DNA of 62,239 nt, the filler included, from Sarea resinae (lineage: Eukaryota), in assembly GCA_026026165.1 (NCBI GenBank). It is 3 parts of 3 records of this genome, joined end to end, with 100 filler letters (N's around TTAATTAATTAA, not from the genome) between each part and the next. Parts side by side here need not be neighbours in the genome. Positions count along the whole stretch, not along the records: positions 27,178 to 49,810 come from JAPEUD010000130.1; positions 49,911 to 62,239 come from JAPEUD010000136.1; 1 more part is not named here. One strand, given 5' to 3'. This document shows positions 39,301-50,058 of the stretch, piece after piece. A program made the position numbers and the translations under genes. Positions within the stretch are counted from its first letter, which is position 1, and the number at the start of each line of letters is the position of its first letter. The notes under the pieces were generated by a model. That model did not search any database. It saw nothing but the letters and a program-made list of their open reading frames with translations, and was not told the origin of the DNA.

Positions 39301-39855
39301 GGACAGCGCACTACGTCCTCGTCTCTCCGCGCTATCGGGGGCTCGGGTACCCTCTTTGTCGCCTCATCACCCCCCAGTACCGGTGGTGGTGGAGGTGGTG
39401 AAGGTGGGCTTACCACCCTCTCTCCCTCTGCCGCGCCCGTATCCCAGACCCTGACGGCAAGAGGCCACGCCCACGCTCATGCCCACGCACAGCCCCATGA
39501 TCCCCTCGCATATTCCCAGCCGACGAAGACGTGGGCCGCGCTTCTGCACCTCCTTCTGACCATCCTCTCACACGTTGCCGTCTCCCGCGCAGTCGGCGAC
39601 CAGATGGCCGAGATGATACTGGAATACTATTACCCTCTCGACGACGATGACGACAATGACGATAAAGACATCGTCAGCCCCCGCGGCGCTGACGACCACA
39701 CCAGGGAGGAAGCACTGGGTATCTTGAAGGCCTGGAACGACGATCTGGTGTGGTTAGTTGCGGAGAGCAGGAAATGGCGGAAGAAGGGACACGGGACGGC
39801 GAATGGGGTGGTGCCTCATGTTGAGGGGTTTGCGTTCAAGCAGGTCGAATTTTGA
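36330..39855 (+). CDS. TTI1: TEL2-interacting protein 1 (HEAT-repeat TTT complex subunit), 2 exons
   Basis: MEARNRSFQK|LKPRCV after intron 36360-36414; LADYVFFPL, FFPGIVSSL, NVDYLVNAVALKL are typical Tti1 motifs. Confidence 0.85.
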
Positions 39856-40455
39856 GGCTTCACTTTTTGCGCGGTTCTTGACTGGTAGTCGATTTACGAT
39901 GGGTTTAGTAGCTACCCAAGGTATGTAACGGTGTCATTCCGTACGAGGGCAATCAGCGTTGCGAGCTAGACTTTCAAGATAGATTTGGTTGATAACATGG
40001 AAATGACACCACGAAACAATTGCGGACGGCACTTTGATCACAGCTGCAGCTTTACACTGGGACTCGATATCCTGCGTAAACGATCGTCACGATGGAAAAG
40101 GTGAGAATTGGCAATCGTGTTCAAATTCGAGAAAACAGCAACTTGCATTTTTTGAGTGCCAACGAGGTAGTCGAGTATTAGTGATTCATTGTTAAGTAGC
40201 AGGAGCAGAGAAAAAGAATCCATGGACATGAAAAGTGAAAATAAAAGAAGAGAAGGAATCGTAAAGACGAACAAGGTCCATCAGATAGATTCGCCTTCAT
40301 TTGCTCTCTTGGTGTTGTGAGTGAAAGTCAGTAAGGCCGTCCTAACTGCGCTGCTCGCATCCAGTCAACGAGCAAAACGACGTAGCGAGCGTATTGAGAA
40401 GCCCAAGCCATACACCCTTCCCACCGAGAAAAAGCACAGCCAGATTGTAGGCAAC

Positions 40456-41863
40456 CTAGTCCTCATCCTCGTCCTCATCCCCACCGCTTTCTTCATCTTC
40501 GCTGTCCTCATCACTCTCGGCATTCTCAAGCCACTCGAGAAATTTCTCAGCGCTCTTTCGAACCTTCTTGCTGGTTGCAACGTCGACATATTTCTTGCTG
40601 GCCTTGGAGCCCCAGTTCTTTACAATTTCCTCGGAGAGCAAATCATCCTGGTAGCAGACCATAAGGATAGCGGAGACTTGGGGCGTCAATTCAGGCTTGT
40701 CCTTGCCGACGAAGCGCTCGATGCCGCCCAAGAAAGCTTTCTCGTGGCGGTCTGAGGTGATCATCTTCTTCAGCATACCAGCGCGCTGGGGAATCTGTTT
40801 GACAATGTTGTCGTCAAAGATGGTCTGAGCGAGGACGGTCAGAGTGCGGTGTTTGTTCTCGATGCCGAGCTCCTTGGCTTTGACGTAGATCTCAATATCG
40901 TCGAGTTTGGTGACTCCGCCTTTCTCTTGGGCAAGGTTGATGATCCAGCTGCCGAGTTGATCATAATTGCTCTCGCCGTTGGCTTCGCCGTCTTCGTCTA
41001 CCTCATCGAGGACGAGGGAACGCTTTAGATCACTCGGAAGCTCTTTGGCGCGGGCCTTGATGGCTTCTTCAGAGACATCCACGGTCCACTCGTCATCCTT
41101 AATGTCAGATTTGGCCTTGATGTCCTGAGCTTCAGCTTTGATACGGCGAGTAAGTTCATCATCGCTACCAGCCTCGATTTCGGCGTCGCCAGAATCTCCA
41201 TCGCCAGAATCACCATTACTATCTCCTGGACTACCGTTCGCTCCCGCCGCGCCATCCTCTCTCTTCTCAGCCCGACGTGCCTTCTTCTCGGCCTTAGTCT
41301 TCTTGCCCTTCTTGGGCTGATTTTTCAAGATGAACGAGCTAAGCTTCAAACGCAGATCGACGTCGGAACGTTCACCACAAGCTTTGCAGTCGAGGATAAT
41401 GTGTCCATCCTTGATGACAACATCCGTTTCCGGATTCTTGCATTTCTTGCAAAGGACGAATCGGGAGATGAAGCCATCAAGATAGTCCTGAAGTTTAGAA
41501 GAGTCGTGAGCACCATTGATAATCCATCGGTCATCGGTAGGATTCGTGTTGGTTTGTGCACCGAGCTCAAAGCCAAAATATTTGATCACATCTGTCAATG
41601 TTGAGTCAGTAAGCAGCAAAGACTGAACAAGGGTATATGCCACGCACAAGAAGGCGGGCGGCTCAGAGATTGGGAGACGCTGGTCAAGTTGGCGACGACA
41701 GTCTTGATGCCGTTCCCCTTGCCCTCAATCTTGGACTGAAGACGTTCCATCTTGTAACGATAGAAGGGATCTTTGACATCCTGCGAGCAACAGTTAGGTG
41801 CATGTCGGACGTCTAGAAAATGAAGGATGTAGCACTCACCCTGGGAATGTTGAGGGTAGCCAT
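40456..41863 (-). CDS. TIF5: Eukaryotic translation initiation factor 5, 3 coding exons
   Basis: MATLNIPR|DVKDPFYRYKM..KIEGKGNGIKT, YFGFELGAQ, zinc ribbon CKKCKNPET..CKACG, W2 domain KFLEWLENAESD. Confidence 0.96.
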
Positions 41864-41879
41864 GATTGCGTGATAGACT

Positions 41880-41957
41880 TTACAGCAACGTAAAATGAGT
41901 GATCGAAAAGGGCTCTAAAGAGACCTTGAGAATGTTTGATCTGGCGGAAATCGACAT
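41880..41957 (-). promoter_or_regulatory. uORF (25 codons) with poor-context AUG in the eIF5 leader
   Basis: CGC-ATG-T at 41957, TAA at 41882-41880, 16 nt before the strong-context main AUG (ATC-ATG-G). Confidence 0.6.
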
Positions 41958-43092
41958 GCGGAGTTCACCAGTTGTGACTGTGCAAACTGCAAAGTAAGGA
42001 AGAGCTAGCCGTTGGAGCTGGCGTAATGACTACTAGGCTTCCGTGGTATGTGAAATCTTTGCTGCTCAAGCGGCGGTCGGTATCTGGAGGCGTTGACGCG
42101 GGACGAATACATAAACCGCAGTGTGTCGACAGACGTGCTGGTGGATGGGGGGTGAGGTTGGTGGATATGAGGGGTGTGAGGGGCGTTTCGCTGCTTTGCT
42201 CTGCTCACCAACTGGAGCGCGAGTGCAGAGTGGAACGATGGATGTATCTGTTGACGGTAGACGGTAGACAAGATGTCCTGATCGTTGATGCAAGACACGA
42301 AGGTGGTGAATGTCTATGAAGTTCTGGTGCGTGAGGTGCGTGTAGTATTGATTTGTCTTTCCTCTGGAAGGAGATGAATGATGTGAAGTGGAAGGAGGTG
42401 AAGTGCTAAAAGCGAGAGAGAAATAGAAATAGAAAGCGAGGTCGAGTGAAGTGTACGATCCACCATACTTATCAGGTACCGTATTGACAATGGCATTGTA
42501 CGCTCGCGAACATGGTACCGCTCAGGTATTGCATACCTGCCACCGTTCATAGCCGGGAAAAGAGATTTCACTGCGTAAGCCCAGCGCAAGCGAAAGCCGA
42601 GGACCAGACGTGGCGTGGGACGAGGGGGCGTGACAGACTGTGATGGTCTGGCTGGCTCAGGTAGGGAGAGAGTCGAGACACAACAAATAGGAGATGGAGC
42701 GTGATATCGTGATCGAATCATCGTAACGGCATCGTCACCTGAACTAAGATATCTACTAATGAAGGAAACGATTTAATCAGGCCGGACATCTATCCTCTGA
42801 GCAGTGAGATCATATTGTCCATTACAAAAACCTTCTGTGCTCAAATAAGTGATTATCTAAATATGGCATTGAGCCTCAAAAGACCTATAGCAGGGGCCTT
42901 TTTTTCACAGGAATTTCAGTCCTTGGGTATGCAAATATTACAGGTGGATCGTGGATGGGATGGCCATCGTAATTGTGACTTCCATTTCCATTACCATACA
43001 AGTCAAGTCGCTTACTACCTTGGTCCTTCATCATTACACATCGACGCTGGCCAGCATTCAACCGAACATATTGGAGGGAATAATTTGACAAG

Positions 43093-45214
43093 ATGGACGT
43101 CGACTACTCATTGTACCTTGTGACTGACTCGACGTCAGCAATTCTAGGCGATAGGGACCTGGTCGACGTGGTAAAGGCTGCAATTGAAGGAGGTCAGTGG
43201 GATGTTCGTTCCATCGACCATCTCTCCAAACTGTGTGTTTACCAAGACACTAGGAGTTACAATTGTTCAATACAGAGACAAGGAAAGTGCCACAATTGAT
43301 TTGGTGAAGACTGCGAAAAGGCTGCACTCGGTCACTAAACACTATGGCGTTCCGTTGTTGATCAATGATCGCGTGGATGTCGCTTTGGCCGCTGGTGTAG
43401 AAGGAGTTCATGTGGGCCAAGAAGACCTAGGTATGATGATCCCCCCTCCCCCCCCCACTTTCACTCTGTTACTTCTCTCTTAGAAGTCGTTCTCTTGATT
43501 TCTCGGATTTTTGGCAGATACAGGAGGTCCAATGCATCATAGAAGTTCATATCTGAGAAGACATATTCTGAGCTCTTTATCATCGCTCTTACTCGTATAC
43601 TGAACAATCTCCAGATCTAGCTTCCGCGCGGAAATTGATGGGAGAAAATGCTATCATTGGTGTAACGGTCTCCTCTATAGATGAAGCCCAGCAAGCTACG
43701 AAAGGAGGTGCGGATTATTTAGGTATTGGCACAATGTTTGCAACGCCAACGTCCGTGGCCCTCCATAGATCACCCTGCAATGGCCCGTGTCATGCTGACA
43801 TCAATGTTTAAAGCAAAGAGAACACAAAGTCCATTATTGGGACCGCTGGCACAAGAGAAATCCTTGCTGCGCTCTCGACCATGAAGGAGAAGATTGCAAC
43901 AGTATCCATCGGAGGAATCAATGCTTCCAACTTGCAACGCGTCATGTATCAGTCTAAGTCACCATCTAAGACTTTGGACGGTGTCGCCGTCGTGAGTGCC
44001 ATCGTGGGCGCAGCAGATCCGAGAAGTGCTGCTTTTGAGCTGAGAGCTCTGATTGGAAAACCCCCTCCATTTGCCACATATAATGCCAACAGCAGGAAGA
44101 CGGTATCAATCGAAGATCTGCTTCCGACTGTTCCTGCCCTCGTTGAGAAGCTGAGCCAGGCAAGTCCCTTGTGTCATAACATGACCAACCTTGTTGTGCA
44201 GAATTTCGCGGCCAATGTTGCACTTTCAATGTGGGTTTTCTCTGCTATATGGTGAGCATAAGCTGAATCAATCGGTAGAGGAGCGAGTCCTATAATGTCT
44301 AACAATGGCGCTGAAGCCGCGGACCTTGCCGCACTTGGTGGTTCTCTTGTTATCAATATGGGTACTGTCACCCCTGAGGGGCTTTCGAACTATCTCCAAG
44401 CCCTGCGGGCGTACAATAGTAGAGGAGGTCCCGTGCTTTTTGACCCCGTCGGTGCAGGAGCCACACATGCTCGTCGAGATGCTGTGAAAGTTCTAATGGC
44501 TGGCGGTTATTTTGACGTTATCAAGGGCAATGAAAGCGAAATCAAAACAGTAGCAGGGGAGAGTGGTGTGGCCCAACGTGGAGTCGACAGTGGGACTAGT
44601 ACCCTGTCCGATCTAGAAAAGGCTAAGTTGGTGAAGCATCTGGCTGCTAGGGAGAGTACGTCTAAAGAAACTGGATGTATATGCTTCAGGGCTGATTGTG
44701 CAAATTTCTCTAGGCAATGTGGTACTCATGACTGGGAAGACGGATTATTTGAGTGATGGAGAAAGAACTTATGCCATAAGTAGGCACTCCTCATGCTGTT
44801 CGCAAGTACATTTCTGACAGTCCAAATTGACAGGTAATGGGCACGAGTTAGTATCTCTTCTATCTATGCGTGAGTTGCCGCTAACATATTCTCAAGATAT
44901 CTGGGCAATATTACAGGGGTAAGGCTTGCTACCTGTAACCATCATGATGATAGACCAGGCTGACCTGGTACTAGAGTGGCTGTACTCTAGGCACAACCAT
45001 CGCTGCCTTCTTAGCAATTCATCGAGAAGACAAGCTTCTAGCTGCACTGGCCGGCATACTAATGTACGAGATTGCAGCAGAACGTGCCGGGAAACAAGAA
45101 GATGTCCGTGGTCCAGGAACCTTCATCCCGCGATTTCTTGATGAGCTCTTTGGTCTCCGGACAAATCCAGACCGTCTCCATCAATACGCAAGAGTAGAAG
45201 AGATTGGGTTTTAA
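43093..45214 (+). CDS. THI6: Bifunctional thiamine-phosphate synthase / hydroxyethylthiazole kinase, many exons
   Basis: DYSLYLVTD, VQYRDK, LINDRVDVA, GVHVGQED, IGGIN; kinase half HNMTNLVVQNFAAN, FDPVGAGAT, IKGNESEI, NGHEYLGNITGSGC, GPGTF; stop at 45214. Confidence 0.95.
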
Positions 45215-46584
45215 GACCGGTATTTAGCCATTAATACCGACAGAAGCCGTAGTAAATGCTAAGTGGTGTCTTGGTCCCACGAGAACCCTTTTCGGATGGT
45301 AAGACGGATGAAGGACGGATGGGGGCCAAGTGCTTTTTCAACAGGCATGATTGCTGGGCCTCGGTCTCGGCAGCCAGACTGGTGAATGCCATAGTTTTGA
45401 GTCAAAATCGTCGAACGTCTTTCCAAATCGCTCTTCTGATGACCGACGAAATTGTACTTGTAAGATAGATATCTCAGATACCTTACCTATAGGATACCTC
45501 AGGTATTTCAAGACCTGATCTGCTGGAGCTCGGCATCGATCCATTGGATTCAGGTAAATGGATTCCAGTCAGATATCGTACTTTCTAGCAGAAATCATTG
45601 ATCGTCTCTGGATCTCGCTTCTTCGGATAATCCAGGATATATTAGTGAAAATACGGTGGGTAAGGTACTACCTTGGATACCTTCTTCCCTTGCGCAAGAG
45701 CGGCATTCATCCTGGCCAGTTGTTGTTCTTTCTCGTCCGCGACATCTTCACTCGACTAGGAGCTATACTCAAAATGAACTTAGCAGCATTACTGCCGATG
45801 ATCGAGCACTTGCCGCCCTCCCTTCCTTCCTCGCGCCTAGAGATCATCATCCATTCATATTCCAGGACCCAATTATTATTGTCGATTCAACGCCATTACC
45901 GCCACACGTCCATTTTCCTTGCCAGCCTCTAGACAATTGCAATCACCTTGATCGCAGCCCAAAGCAAAGTCGAGCTTTCGCAGCTTTCATCACCCTCCAC
46001 AAGATACAGCGGCTTCAAGCGATCTCATTAAGGTTTCCTGTCAACACCTAAGCTCTTAGGTCCGACAACTAGCGGCCGCTGAACGCATCATCAATCTATT
46101 GCATTGGACGATCTCGTCGACCTGTCTTTCGCCTTCCCTTCTATCTACTGTGTACAGTAAAGAAATACGCCTGATATTTCCAGCGGACCTGCCTATCTAG
46201 CCTTCTATCCATTCGCTTTAGCATACAATACCGCCTTCTTGATTGAGACTATTCGGGTTTCTTGCTATCTTCAGTGCAGTCCAGGCCTTTTCGTGCCACA
46301 CTCAAGTTTCCGGAAAACGATTGGGAAGCGTTCCCTCACCGCCGCATAAGATCACCAAACATAGCTGCCACAGAAGTTGCTGTCTGCTACCGGAGGGTAG
46401 TGGACGGCTTCCGCCGTCTGCGTTGACACGGCGAAAGGAGAATTAGCGGACTTCAGGCAGACGAGAAAGATTGTGCTGTCTGTTTGGGGCTGGGTTCGAC
46501 CAAACGTGGTCTTGGGGATATTGGATGGACCAAGAAGCAATAGGGAAACGGCAATCGGTTTGTGGTTGAGCGCTTTGCCCACGC

Positions 46585-48652
46585 ATGGCGATGGAACAGC
46601 AGTTTGCCTTTGCTTCACGGGATGACGTTTGGCGTCTACACTCCGAGATGAAGAACGTGTCTTCAATCCAGGCCGAGCACGCCGACCGCATCTTACGGTT
46701 GGAAAGGCGCCAAGAGGAGGACGCCCGGATGAAGTCTGTATGGGGTACGTCTTCGCCTTTTCCGGGTATCTTGAGCGGAACCCCACAGCAAGGTGAGGCG
46801 CGTCTTCTCGATGCTAAGCACTACGATACTAATATTGCTTTGATCTCTAGATGCCGTGCCTAATCCAGCTGCCGAAGCGTTCAGCCATTTCAATGATTCA
46901 CAATCGCAAAGTCTCATTGGGAGCCTTCACCTTGATAACGATGACGAACCTCGGCGTGGGGCATCACGAGCAAATAGTGTTCGATTCGACGAGAGCGCAA
47001 TCCAGGGTCATTGGACCCAGGGGTCTCGTTCTTCGGGGGACTTTTTTCCAATCAGGACCGGTAGTGGCTTCGGAAGTCACCCAATGACGGAGCGTTCATC
47101 TTCCTACAAGTCAGAGGGCAAGCAGAGTTCAGCTGGGCAGTCAGCTCATTCGACACATTCTGCCCATTCTGTCCATTCTGCTCGGACAAATAGTTTAGGA
47201 ATTGATACAGGGTATCGTGATCTCCTCGAGCAACGAGTCACCTCTCCAATCGAATCATTAGGTCCACCACCTGGCCTTTTCATTCTCGGTCCTGTTCCGT
47301 CCATCATTCGGTGTTGGCTGGATACGCAATTCTCAAATGAAACCCTTCTCTATGCGGCCGTCTGTACTGGCTCATACACATCTTTTCTCGACCGTCGCAC
47401 GATAGCCCGGTTGCAGCTCGAGGACCAGATAATCAGAAGCCAGTCCGGCGAAGAGAAGATCAAAGTCCCGGTGTATCTTCCCGAAGCGATTGTGCAGCAG
47501 CCTCTATCTCGATCTAGCAGCCCTGCTGCGCCGCCACTGCCGACGCTGACGATTGACTTCACGGTCATCGACCATGGCTGCATCCCAGATGAGTCGAAGG
47601 CTATTCAGATATTCATCGGCAGTGACGTGCTCCGATTTCACAATGCCGATATTCTTTTCTCTCAAAGTACGATTACTATGTTCGATGATGATCGGAAAAG
47701 ACTATCTGTGCCATTGGTACGGCCAGAAGATGATGGAATGTTCAAGAACCTTTGTACGGTCAATCTCAATCCTCACCATATCGGCAGAGACGCGACAAGA
47801 AGTAGTTGGCAAAGAAGAGAGCAAGAGCAAACTCCTAGAGATGGATCCGTCAATGGAAGTAGCACACTCAATGCTGAAAAACAGGATCCCGCCATCAAAT
47901 CACCTATGCCAATCAATCCCTCATCGCCCTCCATTACAGAAAACTGGCGAAAGCCTACGATTGGCCAAGGCAGCAGGCAATCCTCTGTCTCCTTTTCAAG
48001 TCCAAACGAGGAAAGAGATACAGCATCCGAACCACGGAAGCCGGCTTCTATTTCGGCGGAATCGACCAACACAGACAATGACTCCACCGCCGCCACTAGT
48101 GCCCTTCGGCAGCCCTCTTCTTCAGGCATATGGGGCTCGTGGCGCCGCGACAACCCCAGCAGTACGCAGGAATCTCCCATCAAAGCTGACAGCACGACTC
48201 CTACGAATCCCACCGGCTACCAACGTGCCCCTCGCCCTCGTGGGATGAAGGTTCTCAAACCTGCCCGCTCCACTACCACAACCAGCACCGCCACCGCCTC
48301 GTTTTCATCGCATTCTTTCTCCCAACCCAACGGGGGTCCACAGTCGTCCGACCCCCTAGCCCGCCGCAGAGCCCAGCTCCCAGGCCTTGACACAGCAGAT
48401 CACCCGTCGTCGCCATACCAAGTAGAGGCGACGCGGTCTGCGCCTATTGATACGGGCGTGGTGGGATCGCCTTCAAGTGCTGGCGCAGTTGCTGGTGCAA
48501 GTAGTACTGGTGCCAGAGAGCTCGCGAACGCGACGAACAAACCTCGCTCTGCTAACCCTGTTGGTGGTGCTTCAGCATTTGCCTGGCTGAATCCTGGTTC
48601 GGCGCCCTCTGGACCTGGGCAAGGGAAGCGGTCGGCTGCTTTTGCTGAATGA
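46585..48652 (+). CDS. Conserved fungal protein with N-terminal coiled-coil and central retropepsin-like fold, 2 exons
   Basis: Exon 1 FASRDDVWRL..RLERRQEEDARMKSVWG; intron 46792-46850; central LYAAVCTGSYTSFL..IFIGSDVLRFHNADILF; disordered S/P-rich flanks. Confidence 0.8.
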
Positions 48653-49761
48653 TTTAGCTGGGGCTCTGAAACCTGGAACCTGGGATTTCCATCACTTTGG
48701 TGTGTATTCGTGCATGTGTGCTTTCGTTGCCTTGTCTGGCTCTTCAGTGCGTTGGCGCGGTTTGATCATTCCACGTTCTTTTGTCGTTGTCTATGGCAGA
48801 AATTACAGTTGGTAGAGGCTATGCTGCTCCTCGCTGCTGCTGATGGGGCCACCATCGGGGTTTATATGTATTGAAAAGGAATGAATCCAGCCAATCCGTA
48901 GTAAGATACCTAGAAAAAAAGAAAGATCAAACCCATTTGATTGGAAGTCAATCTTCATACTAAGGCCTGACAACACTTTACCGTGTGTGATTGCGTGCAC
49001 TTCCGTAAACTCCTTACTCCATAGCCCTTATTTGGTATGAGCCTCGAGGTAAGTAGAATTAGGTGGAGATATGATGGACTCCTCGCAGCTGATCGGTCCC
49101 AAAAGATTTCACAGCGTGCAAGGCTAATGAACTTGGCCTCATCCGCGCCAAACGGGCTTTGCACTTCGCCGATGTCGAGTAGTAAGTATATCACCAATAT
49201 ATTGATAATGTATTACGCGATTCTGACTGAGACGTTCGACGGAAAATGTCGAAATAAGGATTCTGGATCATTTTTTCGTCGAACGTCTCAACGTCTCAGC
49301 TGCGACGTTCAACGGAAATCCGGCACGACCACGAGTTTTTCGATAATTTCATTCGAACATCTCATATCCAATGTACCTACTGTATAACACACACCCCGGC
49401 AGTACCCAGCTTGATTTTGGTCTCTCTTTGGGGGCGGGTAGGTAAGGTAAGGTAGGTAAGGTAGGCAAGGAGGTCTGGCTAAATTGCCTGAGGCTTATAA
49501 GAGGTAATTACGAAGATTCCAACTTCCCAGCTCCGGGGCTTCTGCTATTTGTACATAGAAGATACAAGTATCTAGCTAGGGCCTTGTGGATTTGATTCGT
49601 GGAATCAGATCTTGCTGCACAGGGCCTTAAGAGAGTCTCGAGTCGAGTCCTTGGTTTCTTTCACGAGGCCGGCTATGCCTTTGAATCTGTATTTGGATTT
49701 GATCAGTATCATCACATGAGGATTTTTGTCTCGCCTGCAGGAAAGAGCAAGACCATGAAGG

Positions 49762-49796
<35 letters not shown>

Positions 49797-49810
49797 ACGG
49801 TCCCTGTTCC

Positions 49811-49910
49811 NNNNNNNNNNNNNNNNNNNNNNNNNNNNNNNNNNNNNNNNNNNNTTAATTAATTAANNNNNNNNNNNNNNNNNNNNNNNNNNNNNNNNNN
49901 NNNNNNNNNN
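49811..49910. other. Assembly gap with artificial TTAATTAATTAA linker, preceded by a 32-nt poly-G (49763-49794)
   Basis: 100-nt N block with linker; it truncates the 3' LTR. Confidence 0.97.
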
Positions 49911-50037
49911 CTACAGGAGCAGAAAGGAAACGATCGTGTCCCACAACAACAAAACCCTGCTTCGCTTATGATGCTGACTAATGACTTGCTAACTTCCTGT
50001 CACCTGACTATCAGTTGTCCCATGTCACTTCCTGACA
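49911..50037 (-). repeat. 3' LTR (partial, truncated by gap)
   Basis: 127 nt identical to 58291-58417; begins TGTCAGG on the minus strand just after the PPT. Confidence 0.95.
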
Positions 50038-50041
50038 ACTA

Positions 50042-50056
50042 TCCCTCTTTCTTTTC
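50042..50056 (-). other. Polypurine tract
   Basis: GAAAAGAAAGAGGGA on the minus strand, 4 nt before the 3' LTR. Confidence 0.9.
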
Positions 50057-50058
50057 GT

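Noticed and set aside
43431..43614. Possible TPP riboswitch in the longest THI6 intron
   Set aside because: Only an isolated CTGAGA; the remaining aptamer core and pairing stems are not present.
45436..45519. C/D snoRNA-like segment (TGATGA...TTTCAAGAC-CTGA) with partial complementarity to LSU rRNA GTCTTGAAAC
   Set aside because: Imperfect C box, only 9 contiguous guide pairs and no terminal stem; likely chance.
49436..49472. GGTAA/GGTAG repeats (also about 61903-61940) as telomere-like seeds
   Set aside because: Not TTAGGG; short, irregular low-complexity motifs common in fungal intergenic DNA.
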